From Crocosphaera subtropica ATCC 51142 (lineage in GTDB: Bacteria > Cyanobacteriota > Cyanobacteriia > Cyanobacteriales > Microcystaceae): a stretch of DNA of 32,000 nt. The position numbers and the translations under genes are program-made. The notes under the pieces were generated by a model. It searched no databases. It was given only the letters and a program-made list of their open reading frames with translations, and was not told the origin of the DNA. Of the stretch, positions 17,075 to 25,915 are shown piece by piece. The stretch is from NCBI RefSeq assembly GCF_000017845.1, contig NC_010546.1, forward strand, positions 2,340,001-2,372,000, written 5' to 3'. Every line of letters begins with the position of its first letter. The stretch's first letter is position 1.

Positions 17075-19390
17075 ATGGGGACTCGCATGAATTTCCAATG
17101 GCTCGATCAACTTATCCTCACTAAAACAGGTGACGATCTTACTTCATTACAAAAAATAATTGTTGAACAGGTTGTACAGGGATATACTTACAGGGAAATA
17201 GCAGACGCTTATGGTTACACTGAAGGACATATTAAGGATGTTGGCTCTCAATTATGGCGATTATTATCTCAGGTTTTAGAGCAACGCATTACTAAAAGAA
17301 ATTGTCGAACTATTTTGTCTCAATATGAGTCGTCTCTTCCTCAATTATCGGCAAAAAAAATACCCAATTTTATCGGACGAGAGGCAGCTATCTTGCATCT
17401 TAATACCTTAATTAATCAAGGTAGTAAAGTAATTGTTATTCAGGGGGAAGGAGGGTTAGGAAAAACGACCTTAGCTCAACAATATTTCAAGAATCAAAAA
17501 TTTGAAATAATTTTAGAGTTGTTAATGGCCAAAGAAAAACAGTATATTACTTCAGCCGAACAAGTAGTTGAAGAATGGCTAAAACAGGATTTTCAACAAG
17601 AACCTAGTCAAGATTTCGGTATTGCTCTCAGTCGTCTTAAACGTCAACTTAATCATCGTTATATTGGCATTTTAATTGATAATTTTGAAACCGCCTTAGA
17701 CGAAAAAGGATGTTTAATTTCTTCTCATCGAAACTATGTTGAATTATTACGGATTTTAGGAGATGCTAATGTTAAATCTGTTACCTTAATTACTACTCGC
17801 GATCGCTTATGTGAACCTGACTTAAATCTTGAACATTATCGTTTACCACAATTATCTATCGAAGCATGGCAAGCTTTTTTTGAAAGTCAAGTTAATCTAG
17901 ATATTTCTACTTTAACCCAAATTCATTGGGCCTATGGGGGAAATGCTAAAGCAATGAGAATTATCTGTGGTCTAATTAATGAAGATTTTGCAGGGAATAT
18001 GATAGCTTATTGGCAAAAAAATCAACAAAATTTATTAGTGACAACGGCTCTTAAAAATTTAGTTATTAAGCAAATAAATCGTTTACAAAGTCTTGATAGT
18101 TTAGCTTATCGTCTATTAATTCGATTAAGTTGTTATCGCTATCAAAATATAGCCAATATTTCTATTAAAGGGATATTTTATTTACTTTGGGATGTGTCGG
18201 ATGAACAATACTTTACTGTCATTCGTTCTTTACGAAATCGCTCCCTACTTGAGTTTGAACAAGGACAATATTGGCTACATCCTGTCATTCAAGCTGAGGC
18301 CATGGCTCGTTTACGACACAGTGAAGATTGGGAAATGGCTAATGGTCAAGCAGCTTTATTTTGGACCAATAGCGTCGAAAAAATTGAAACCATCCAGGAT
18401 GCTTTACAAGGGTTAGAAGCTTATTATCACTACCTAGCAATTGAAGATTTTGAACAAGCGGGCAGTATAATTCTTAAGAGCAGAAATAATCAATGGGGAC
18501 AATTTTTACCCTTAGGAAGTACCCTCTATCGTCTTGGACTCTTACAACCTGTTTTTAGGGCAATTAATCAAGTTATTCCTCATCTGAAATCAGAGGATAA
18601 ATTAAGCGAATTATATAATATTTTGGGAGATTTATACTGGATTACAGGAAAAATTCATCAAGCGATCGCTTGTCAAGAACAAACCATTACCTTAGCAACA
18701 AAAGCTTTACAAAAGCTCCCATGCCCTACGAGGGATAGTAAACCCATTTATTATTTTAAAATGCTTAATATTGATGCTTTGTTGAGTATCGGATTGTATA
18801 AAATCGATTTATGGGAACTTGAAGAAGCTACTCTTTTATTCGAGAAGGTAATTAGAGACGCATGCCAAACCAAACATCATGCTTGGGCGCAAAAAGCTTC
18901 TATTTGTTTAGGGTTAGTGAAATCCTATCTTGGTGAGGTTGATCAAGCTCATGGTTTAGCCAATGAAGCTTATGATATTATTTTTGATAAAGTACAGGGA
19001 AAACTGGCTTATTTTTTGCAAATTCTGGGTCAAACTTATGTCAATTTACAAGAATTTGAGCGAGGACACCAAATTTTAAGTGATGCTTTAAGATATGCTC
19101 AAGATAGTCATTACGTCCAAGTTGAAGCCAAAACGTTAAATGGATTAGCGGAAATTGCCCGTCAGCAACAGTGCTTTGAGACTGCTTTAGACAAACAATC
19201 ACAAGCAATTCAATTACTAGAAGAAATTGGAGCAACTTGCGATTTAGCTGAAGCTCATTGGCAACTGAGTCTAACTTATCAAGCAATGAATAACTTATCA
19301 AAAAGTAAGCATCATTATCAACTGGCTCTTCAATTGTTTACTAAAATGCAAGCTCCTAAACAAGTTGAAAAAATTTTAAAAGGAAAATAA
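17075..19390 (+). CDS. STAND NTPase: N-terminal HTH + NB-ARC (AP-ATPase) + C-terminal TPR repeats
   Basis: 771 aa. HTH-like segment [25 protein letters not shown]. Walker A is [12 protein letters not shown] and Walker B is [16 protein letters not shown] is the TTR motif and GGNAKAM sits at the GLPL position. TPR-like repeats run to the C-terminus. Confidence 0.85.
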   Translation: MGTRMNFQWLDQLILTKTGDDLTSLQKIIVEQVVQGYTYREIADAYGYTEGHIKDVGSQLWRLLSQVLEQRITKRNCRTILSQYESSLPQLSAKKIPNFIGREAAILHLNTLINQGSKVIVIQGEGGLGKTTLAQQYFKNQKFEIILELLMAKEKQYITSAEQVVEEWLKQDFQQEPSQDFGIALSRLKRQLNHRYIGILIDNFETALDEKGCLISSHRNYVELLRILGDANVKSVTLITTRDRLCEPDLNLEHYRLPQLSIEAWQAFFESQVNLDISTLTQIHWAYGGNAKAMRIICGLINEDFAGNMIAYWQKNQQNLLVTTALKNLVIKQINRLQSLDSLAYRLLIRLSCYRYQNIANISIKGIFYLLWDVSDEQYFTVIRSLRNRSLLEFEQGQYWLHPVIQAEAMARLRHSEDWEMANGQAALFWTNSVEKIETIQDALQGLEAYYHYLAIEDFEQAGSIILKSRNNQWGQFLPLGSTLYRLGLLQPVFRAINQVIPHLKSEDKLSELYNILGDLYWITGKIHQAIACQEQTITLATKALQKLPCPTRDSKPIYYFKMLNIDALLSIGLYKIDLWELEEATLLFEKVIRDACQTKHHAWAQKASICLGLVKSYLGEVDQAHGLANEAYDIIFDKVQGKLAYFLQILGQTYVNLQEFERGHQILSDALRYAQDSHYVQVEAKTLNGLAEIARQQQCFETALDKQSQAIQLLEEIGATCDLAEAHWQLSLTYQAMNNLSKSKHHYQLALQLFTKMQAPKQVEKILKGK

Positions 19391-20260
19391 GTTAGCGATC
19401 GCCTGGGTTGGATCATCCTGTTTCACTAAAGATTCCCCAATCAAAACAGCGTTAGCCCCTGCTTCTGTTACTTGTTGTAAGTGTTGGGGGGTATGTATTC
19501 CTGATTCACTGACAATATAAATCCCTCGCTCTTTTATCTCATCCTGACGGGCCGTTATTAAATTGGTGGTGGTTTCTAAGCTAACCTCAAAGGTTTCTAG
19601 GTTCCGGTTATTAATTCCTACTAAGGAAACCCCTTCGATAGCTAAGACACGATCTAATTCGGCCAAGGAGTGAACTTCTACTAACGGAGTCATTCCTAAC
19701 CCGTGAATAATTTTGATCAAATACTGTAAATCTGAATCTTTGAGAATAGCAGCAATTAACAAGATAGCATCGGCCCCTTTAACCCTTGCTAAATAAATTT
19801 GATAGGGATAAATAATAAATTCTTTGCATAATAAAGGAATATCGACTGCTTGACGGACTAAGGCCAGGTTGTCAAAACTCCCTTGGAAAAATTTACTATC
19901 CGTCAGTACCGATAAACAACTGGCTCCTCCCTGAACATAAGCTTGAGCAATAGCTACCGGCTCAAAGTCTTCTCGAATCACTCCTTTACTGGGGGAGGCT
20001 TTTTTGACCTCTGCAATTAAGGCCGGTTGGGTTTTTCCTTGGGAGATCGCCCCTAAAAAATCTTTAGCCGGTGGTGCGGACTGTTCTTGTTTTCGTAAAT
20101 CTAACAAGGAGAGACGATCCCGCATTCGTTCAACTTCTTTTTCTTTGTGCCAGACAATTTCTTCTAAGATGTGGTTGGCTTTTCCATTGGGATCAGGAAC
20201 TTGATAACGCAAGATGTCGACTTCTACTGCTGGGTTCGGGGGTCGTCTTCTAATTTGCAT
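19376..20260 (-). CDS. trpC: Indole-3-glycerol phosphate synthase
   Basis: 294 aa with [25 protein letters not shown] and [11 protein letters not shown]. The 3' end overlaps the convergent STAND gene by 15 nt. Confidence 0.95.
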   Translation of the reverse strand: MQIRRRPPNPAVEVDILRYQVPDPNGKANHILEEIVWHKEKEVERMRDRLSLLDLRKQEQSAPPAKDFLGAISQGKTQPALIAEVKKASPSKGVIREDFEPVAIAQAYVQGGASCLSVLTDSKFFQGSFDNLALVRQAVDIPLLCKEFIIYPYQIYLARVKGADAILLIAAILKDSDLQYLIKIIHGLGMTPLVEVHSLAELDRVLAIEGVSLVGINNRNLETFEVSLETTTNLITARQDEIKERGIYIVSESGIHTPQHLQQVTEAGANAVLIGESLVKQDDPTQAIANLFSF

Positions 20261-20478
20261 TCGCTTTGTTAAGAAAGTTTAAGAAACTAACTGAGATATT
20301 CTGCTATCTAGGATATTGTATCCATAATTCCCGTGCCTTTACCAGAGCTTTTACGAAGTTTACCGTAAATCTGGTGAGGGAAGTCACGGAGAGGGATGGA
20401 TAAGATAAAAAAAAAGATTTTCTATATAATCCGATAGTATCCCTAACTTTAGATTAAAGATTACGTTAATCATTACCT

Positions 20479-20667
20479 ATGAATAGCATTAAGGAAAAAA
20501 TCCAATCCATCTTGAATCAATTACCAGATGATTGTTCAATTGAAGATATCCAGTATCATTTGTATGTTCTCGAAAAAATCCGTCAAGGATTACAGGTGGC
20601 TGAACGCGAACCCATATTACAACAAGAGGAAGTCGAGGGACTACTAAGTAAATGGCTTATCGAGTGA
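20479..20667 (+). CDS. Putative antitoxin (addiction-module component) of the downstream ParE/RelE toxin
   Basis: 62-aa ORF overlapping the toxin ORF by 16 nt. Size and position are typical of a type II antitoxin. Confidence 0.7.
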   Translation: MNSIKEKIQSILNQLPDDCSIEDIQYHLYVLEKIRQGLQVAEREPILQQEEVEGLLSKWLIE

Positions 20668-20945
20668 TTTGGTCTTCTAAAGCGGTAGAAGATGTTGATT
20701 CCATTGCGACCTATATCGCCCGTGATTCTCCTTCCTATGCTGCTGCGGTAGTACGCCAAATTTTGGATGCTACCAATCAGTTGGAGGATAATCCGTTAAC
20801 AGGAGAGTTGATTACAGAAGGGGACAGTCTGACCCTTCGGGATCAACCTGCTTATACCTACCGTGTGATCTATCGTGTAGATGGTGATACGGTGATAGTA
20901 GTGGCGGTAGTCCATACAAAACGCTTATTGGGTCTCAATGAATAA
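20652..20945 (+). CDS. Type II toxin, RelE/ParE superfamily
   Basis: 97 aa with W...A..D...I..YI at the N-terminus and the C-terminal YRVIYRVDGDTVIVVAVVHTKR signature of plasmid-stabilisation ParE/RelE proteins. Confidence 0.85.
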   Translation: MAYRVIWSSKAVEDVDSIATYIARDSPSYAAAVVRQILDATNQLEDNPLTGELITEGDSLTLRDQPAYTYRVIYRVDGDTVIVVAVVHTKRLLGLNE

Positions 20946-21592
20946 TGGAAGATCAAGACATTCAAAGTTTAATTGAAAGAGTTCATAAGGCCGATTCTGC
21001 GGTGAAGTTACTCACAGCCGTTCGGTCTTTAGCTTCTAGTGGCCATCAAAAGGCGATCCCCATCTTAATAGAAGCGTTGGGATACAATAATCCTGGGGCT
21101 GCGGTGGCTGCGGTAGAAGGTTTGATCAATCTGGGTGATATGAGTGTTCCCTATCTCCTAGAGCAGATTGATGGCTATAATTACGGGGCAAGGGCTTGGG
21201 CAACTCGTGCGTTGGCAGGGATCGGTCATCCTTCAGCGTTAGACCATCTCCAAGAGGCTGCATTGACGGATTTTTCTATGAGTGTACGCCGTTCTGCTGC
21301 GAAGGGACTGGGTTATATAGGATGGTCCAAATTATCGGGTTTGAAGGTTGCTGAAGGGCAAAAAAAAGCTATTGAGACGTTATTTAAGGTCTTGGATGAC
21401 CCTGAATGGGTGGTACGTTATGCTGCGGTGGTGGGGTTACAAAATTTGGCGGTTTCTCTCGATGAGAAAAGTTTAGTTAAGTCTATTTTTGAAAGGTTAG
21501 AACAGCAGTTAGAAACTGAATCAGAATTAGGGGTTTGTGCGCGTATTCAGTTGGCTTTGCAAGAGATTGAAGTTTTAGGGGGAAAAATATGA
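20945..21592 (+). CDS. HEAT-repeat protein, phycobilin-lyase (CpcE/NblB)-related
   Basis: 215 aa with repeated A...L...G...A...L helical pairs (AIPILIEALGYNNPGAAVAAVEGLINLGD; ARAWATRALAGIGHPSALDHL; VRRSAAKGLGYIG; VRYAAVVGLQNL). The ATG overlaps the toxin stop (TAATG). Confidence 0.75.
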   Translation: MEDQDIQSLIERVHKADSAVKLLTAVRSLASSGHQKAIPILIEALGYNNPGAAVAAVEGLINLGDMSVPYLLEQIDGYNYGARAWATRALAGIGHPSALDHLQEAALTDFSMSVRRSAAKGLGYIGWSKLSGLKVAEGQKKAIETLFKVLDDPEWVVRYAAVVGLQNLAVSLDEKSLVKSIFERLEQQLETESELGVCARIQLALQEIEVLGGKI

Positions 21593-21960
21593 GGAAAAGT
21601 ATCATCAAGAAAATTTTACCCGCTTTCTTGTTCAGTGCCATACTACCGATGACGCTAATACAAGAATCAGCGTCAGCAGGGGAAGCTTTTTGTGTAATTA
21701 AAGGTGCTTATAACGAGATTTTATTTCGAGATCAATGTATTTTTGAGCAATTTGGGGGAAATGGCAGTTTTTCCATTTGGGCTAAGTCTGGACTGATAGC
21801 AAACAGGGAGTCTATCAGTGTGTATATTGTCCAACCAGGGATCGCCGAAGTTAGAGGGTTGACGACGGCAGGAATTAACTCTCGATGGGGTGAAGCAAAA
21901 AGATCCAATTCTGATCGAGCTTGTTGGGTTGGAGAGGATTTCACCATCTGTGCCTATTGA
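21589..21960 (+). CDS. Small secreted four-Cys hypothetical protein
   Basis: 123 aa with a signal peptide MRKSIIKKILPAFLFSAILPMTLIQESASA and four cysteines. The ATGA overlaps the HEAT gene stop. Confidence 0.6.
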   Translation: MRKSIIKKILPAFLFSAILPMTLIQESASAGEAFCVIKGAYNEILFRDQCIFEQFGGNGSFSIWAKSGLIANRESISVYIVQPGIAEVRGLTTAGINSRWGEAKRSNSDRACWVGEDFTICAY

Positions 21961-22029
21961 TAATTTCTAGGGTTTTTATAGAAATTTAATCTATTTTTGA
22001 GATTCCATCCATTTAATACATTTTGTCAT

Positions 22030-22461
22030 TTATAAGTATTTAATACCTCCTTTGGCTTCTAATTGTTTCACTAATGGGGGAGAAAAGCGAGGAGAATCAA
22101 TTAAAATATTGCCTTCTTCTCGTTGAATAAAATAACTAGCTGCTCCAAAGGATTTTTCTGAATGATAACCGCAATGGTAAACATTTTCAGCAATAGGTAA
22201 CGGGAATTGTTGCTGAATTTGTTTAATATTTTTCGGTTTGTCTACCGTTCCAATCGAAGCAGTGGGACAAGACAGTAACGCTTCATAAGCTTCTAATATT
22301 TCTGTTGTTTCGGTAGGTTGATGATAGACGGCTGACTGATTTCCTTCTCGATAAAACACCATAGGAGACATCCAACGACAGGTATCACAGTTAATGCAAC
22401 TACTATCAACATAAAAGTTACCTGAAACATTTTCAGGGCGACGTTTTTCTAAAGTAGCCAT
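22030..22461 (-). CDS. Ferredoxin-domain protein with only the first strands of a metallo-beta-lactamase fold (apparently 3'-truncated)
   Basis: 143 aa. The N-terminal single-cluster ferredoxin motif is YVDSSCINCDTCRW...LLSCPTASIG. The C-terminus AASYFIQREEGNILIDSPRF...GGIKYL stops where the HxHxDH motif would follow. Confidence 0.6.
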   Translation of the reverse strand: MATLEKRRPENVSGNFYVDSSCINCDTCRWMSPMVFYREGNQSAVYHQPTETTEILEAYEALLSCPTASIGTVDKPKNIKQIQQQFPLPIAENVYHCGYHSEKSFGAASYFIQREEGNILIDSPRFSPPLVKQLEAKGGIKYL

Positions 22462-22496
22462 AATTATTTTTGATGATGTTAAAATTGTTCGTTTTT

Positions 22497-22742
22497 TTAA
22501 GACTTAGAATCAAGTCTTTGAGAAATTTTATTGATTCCCCAACTAAGAATTGCTCCTAAAAAGAGAATGCCAATGGCAGGATTAAATAAGGGTTGCCAAA
22601 GTTTGTACCAAAGATCAAAGCCCAGGGGAACTCCCACAGAACGACCAATTACTGCGGCCATAAACCAAAAAAACCCTAAAAAGATTAAAAATACATCCGC
22701 CACTAATAAGCGGTTCAACCAAGTTAAAATTGTCTCTTTCAT
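22497..22742 (-). CDS. Small two-TM membrane protein (hypothetical)
   Basis: Hydrophobic segments VADVFLIFLGFFWFMAAVIG and AIGILFLGAILSWGI. I chose the start at the internal Met (MKETIL); the track ORF extends to 22778. Confidence 0.5.
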   Translation of the reverse strand: MKETILTWLNRLLVADVFLIFLGFFWFMAAVIGRSVGVPLGFDLWYKLWQPLFNPAIGILFLGAILSWGINKISQRLDSKS

Positions 22743-22883
22743 TATCTTGTTTATCATTCTCCCTGACTTTAGTATCAAGCAAATTATTGATAATCACAAC
22801 CATAGACACAAATATTAAGACAATCGGGTATTAAAATAGGACTTGGATAAATTCGCTACCAAATTTTTTTATATTTACCCATC

Positions 22884-24098
22884 ATGCAAACTCTCGAAAC
22901 ACCCCAAACGACTTCTAAACCTGAATTTGATACCACTATTCATCGTCGTAAAACCCGTCCGGTTAAAGTGGGAGATATCACCATTGGCGGTGGTTTTCCC
23001 GTTGTTGTCCAGTCCATGATTAATGAGGACACCCTCGATATTGAAGGGTCTGTGTCTGCTATTCGTCGTTTACATGAAATGGGTTGTGAAATTGTTCGGG
23101 TAACGGTTCCCAGTATGGCCCATGCGAAAGCGTTAGCGACCATTAAAGAGAAATTAGCCCAAGTGTATCAACCGGTTCCTTTGGTGGCGGATGTGCATCA
23201 TAATGGTTTAAAAATTGCCCTAGAAGTGGCGAAGCACGTTGATAAAGTGCGGATTAACCCAGGATTATACGTCTTTGAAAAACCCAGTCCCACCCGTAGC
23301 GAATATACTCAAGCCGAATTTGAAGAAATTGGGGAGAAAATTCGCCAAACCTTAGAACCTTTAGTGATTTCCCTACGAGATCAAGGAAAAGCCATGAGAA
23401 TTGGGGTTAATCACGGTTCCTTAGCCGAAAGAATGTTATTTACCTACGGAGACACCCCGGAAGGAATGGTGGAATCTGCCTTAGAATTCATCCGTATTTG
23501 TGAGTCTCTCGATTTCTATAATATTGTCATTTCTCTGAAAGCATCCCGTGTTCCTGTGATGTTAGCGGCCTATCGTTTGATGGTCAAACGCATGGATGAA
23601 TTAGGTATGGATTATCCTCTACATTTAGGGGTCACAGAAGCAGGAGACGGGGAATACGGTCGCATTAAATCAACCGCCGGTATTGGAACCCTGTTAGCAG
23701 AAGGAATAGGAGATACCATCCGTGTTTCTTTAACCGAGGCACCAGAAAAAGAAATTCCCGTTTGTTATAGTATTCTGCAAGCTTTGGGACTTCGTAAGAC
23801 GATGGTGGAGTACGTCGCTTGTCCTTCCTGCGGTCGTACCCTATTTAATCTTGAGGAAGTCTTACACAAAGTACGAGAAGCTACCAAACATCTGACTGGG
23901 TTAGATATTGCTGTTATGGGATGTATTGTTAATGGACCAGGGGAAATGGCTGATGCTGACTACGGTTATGTGGGTAAGCAAGCGGGTTACATTTCTCTCT
24001 ATCGAGGTCGAGAAGAAATTAAAAAGGTTCCTGAAGACCAAGGGGTAGAAGAATTAATCAATTTAATTAAAGCTGATGGTCGTTGGATTGACCCTTAA
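22884..24098 (+). CDS. ispG: 4-hydroxy-3-methylbut-2-en-1-yl diphosphate synthase (MEP pathway)
   Basis: 404 aa with [18 protein letters not shown] and the cluster cysteines CPSCGRT and [10 protein letters not shown]. Confidence 0.95.
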   Translation: MQTLETPQTTSKPEFDTTIHRRKTRPVKVGDITIGGGFPVVVQSMINEDTLDIEGSVSAIRRLHEMGCEIVRVTVPSMAHAKALATIKEKLAQVYQPVPLVADVHHNGLKIALEVAKHVDKVRINPGLYVFEKPSPTRSEYTQAEFEEIGEKIRQTLEPLVISLRDQGKAMRIGVNHGSLAERMLFTYGDTPEGMVESALEFIRICESLDFYNIVISLKASRVPVMLAAYRLMVKRMDELGMDYPLHLGVTEAGDGEYGRIKSTAGIGTLLAEGIGDTIRVSLTEAPEKEIPVCYSILQALGLRKTMVEYVACPSCGRTLFNLEEVLHKVREATKHLTGLDIAVMGCIVNGPGEMADADYGYVGKQAGYISLYRGREEIKKVPEDQGVEELINLIKADGRWIDP

Positions 24099-24618
24099 TT
24101 AGTTTAATTAGTAGTCAGTGAACGGTTATCAGTTTGTTACTCCCTTAATCTCCTAGTCTCTCAAGATAAGGTAACAAGTTGATAAATAAACTTCATATCT
24201 TGTTATCTTTGACCCCAAGAAATCAGGAAAAAATCTTAAGATTGTCCCATTTTGGGCAATTTTTTTTGTCATCTGCTCACAAAAATCAAAAAAATCGAAA
24301 CAGACAGAATATTTTCAATAAATAGTATAAGCAATTTCATAAAAATTTGTAACAGAGATTGAAATAAAATCAATTTAAGTTACTTAAATGAAGTAGTTTG
24401 TAAACACAATTGATGCTTAGATGACTAAATAGTTAATTTTTGTTTATTTTTATATAGATATTTATTTTTGTCCTAAAAAATACAACAAACTATCTTTAGT
24501 TGTAACTCATTTTTGCAATAAAAACACAGTTTTACTTTTTAATTTTTGGGAAAGATTTGAATTAGAAAACCATTGATACTATTGGCGTAGTAGAGTGATT
24601 TTTAAATCAAGTAATTGT

Positions 24619-25803
24619 ATGGGTATTTGTCAACAAAAATGGTTAACCACCTTATCTTTAGGTATTATTTTCTCTTTAAGTGGTGCGATTAGTGCGAAAG
24701 CAGCCACTGTTTCATATGAATATGAACCAGCGTCTATTGGAGGTAATGATAATGATCCATTTTTAGATATTGCAGGCGTTAGTGGAGGCTTTGCTACATT
24801 AGGTTATCAATTTTCGGTCAATCCTGATCCGACTGATGTTAATCTTGAAATGACTGCTTTTGGTGTTTATGCGTCTCGAACTAATATTATTGAACCAAAT
24901 AATCCTGAAGATTTTTTCCTCTTACCAGAACAACAAACCTGTTTTACTTTAACAGGACAAACTTGTTTCACTTTACCAGAAACCGTTCATGAAGTAGCCC
25001 TTTGGGAAGTGGACAGTAATGGAAATCCTCTGAACCCCGCTCCAGTTAGAAAAATTACCATTGCGCCAACGATTGACGATCCCAATAACCCTGGTACTTC
25101 AATAACTAATCCGTTATTGGCTTTTGTTGACGACTTTGCCTATTTAGCCCTGGATGATCCTGATGATCCTATCACTCCAGACGACGAACTCGATGATATC
25201 TTGACCTTAAGCGGTTCACAACAATTCTTTCGGTTAGGAGTAACTTATACAGATGATACAGATCAAGCCTGGGTCAGCGCATTTACTGGTGGTAGTGTGG
25301 TTGTCCCCAATGAGGATCTTGACGGAGTTCCTAATGAGGGGGCAGCGGTTGATCCTATGTTACAATTACTCCCTGATAATCCAGGACAAGGCTATTATGG
25401 TATTCCTAGCGATCCAATGACAGATCCTCTTGCTTTTCCTGATCAAACAACATTGCCTTTCTTTGGCACCTCAAATCCCTTTTTTGTTGCTGGTAACATT
25501 CTCTTTGGTCCATTACCGCCAGGGTTTCCTGTAGCTGCTACTACAACAGGGACAGGAACTTCTACGGGGACAGGAACTTCTACAGGGACAGGGACTTCTA
25601 CAGGAACCTCCACTGGCACAGGGACTTCTACAGGAACCTCTACAGGGACAGGGACTTCTACAGGGACAGGAACTTCTACAGGAACCTCCACTGGCACAGG
25701 AGGCGTTCCGACTATTCCTGAACCTAATCTAATTCATGGCTTATTAGCTATAACATTAGGCGGTATCTTCACTCGCTACAACCACGGGAAAACGAGAAGA
25801 TAA
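24619..25803 (+). CDS. PEP-CTERM-anchored secreted acidic protein with (TGTS)n linker
   Basis: Signal peptide WLTTLSLGIIFSLSGAISAKA. The C-terminus IPEPNLIHGLLAITLGGIFTRYNHGKTRR has PEP, a TM helix and a basic tail. ATG 24619 is preferred over the GTG 24595 in the track. Confidence 0.8.
   Translation: MGICQQKWLTTLSLGIIFSLSGAISAKAATVSYEYEPASIGGNDNDPFLDIAGVSGGFATLGYQFSVNPDPTDVNLEMTAFGVYASRTNIIEPNNPEDFFLLPEQQTCFTLTGQTCFTLPETVHEVALWEVDSNGNPLNPAPVRKITIAPTIDDPNNPGTSITNPLLAFVDDFAYLALDDPDDPITPDDELDDILTLSGSQQFFRLGVTYTDDTDQAWVSAFTGGSVVVPNEDLDGVPNEGAAVDPMLQLLPDNPGQGYYGIPSDPMTDPLAFPDQTTLPFFGTSNPFFVAGNILFGPLPPGFPVAATTTGTGTSTGTGTSTGTGTSTGTSTGTGTSTGTSTGTGTSTGTGTSTGTSTGTGGVPTIPEPNLIHGLLAITLGGIFTRYNHGKTRR
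25544..25702 (+). repeat. In-frame 12/18-nt tandem repeat encoding (T-G-T-S / T-G-T-G-T-S)n
   Basis: The units gggacaggaacttctaca and ggaacctccactggcaca iterate about 10 times and encode about 50 residues of Thr/Gly/Ser. Confidence 0.9.
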
Positions 25804-25840
25804 GTTAGGAGTTAGGAGTTAGGAGTTCGGGGTTCGGAGT
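25804..25840 (+). repeat. Heptamer tandem repeat GTTAGGA x3, GTTCGGG, GTTCGGA
   Basis: Begins immediately after the PEP-CTERM gene stop codon. Same unit family as 1253-1275. Confidence 0.8.
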
Positions 25841-25867
25841 GATGATTCGTTGAACAAGATAATATAA

Positions 25868-25907
25868 GGAGTGAGGGAAAAAATTATCTTAATTATCCCG
25901 TCACTCC
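25868..25907. terminator. Hairpin between convergent PEP-CTERM gene and hisD
   Basis: ggagtgaggg (25868-25877) pairs with cccgtcactcc (25897-25907) with one bulge and a 19-nt AT loop. It is followed on the minus strand by TTATATT. Confidence 0.35.
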
Positions 25908-25915
25908 ATTACCTA

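Noticed and set aside
19376-19390. 15-nt convergent overlap of the STAND gene and trpC 3' ends, with a HIP1 site just beyond it (about 19394-19401)
   Set aside because: Short tail-to-tail overlaps are common and need no special explanation. It is noted only as context for the STAND locus.
20330-20392. Imperfect inverted repeat (ccgtgcctttaccag / ctggtgagggaagtcacgg) between trpC and the TA pair, considered as an attenuator or riboswitch
   Set aside because: Pairing is limited to two 5-bp blocks. There is no match to any riboswitch core I can recall, and cyanobacterial trp genes are not known to use leader attenuation.
24458-24475. tttatttttgtc match to the inner end of the 105-nt repeat, upstream of the PEP-CTERM gene
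   Set aside because: Only 12 nt match in an extremely AT-rich region, and no matching outer end (ggacataaata) lies about 100 nt away.
25443-25697. 84-aa minus-strand ORF (PVEVPVEV...) antisense to the PEP-CTERM gene
   Set aside because: It is the mirror image of the (TGTS)n coding repeat. The open frame is a by-product of the stop-free repeat. The sense ORF has a signal peptide and a sorting signal.
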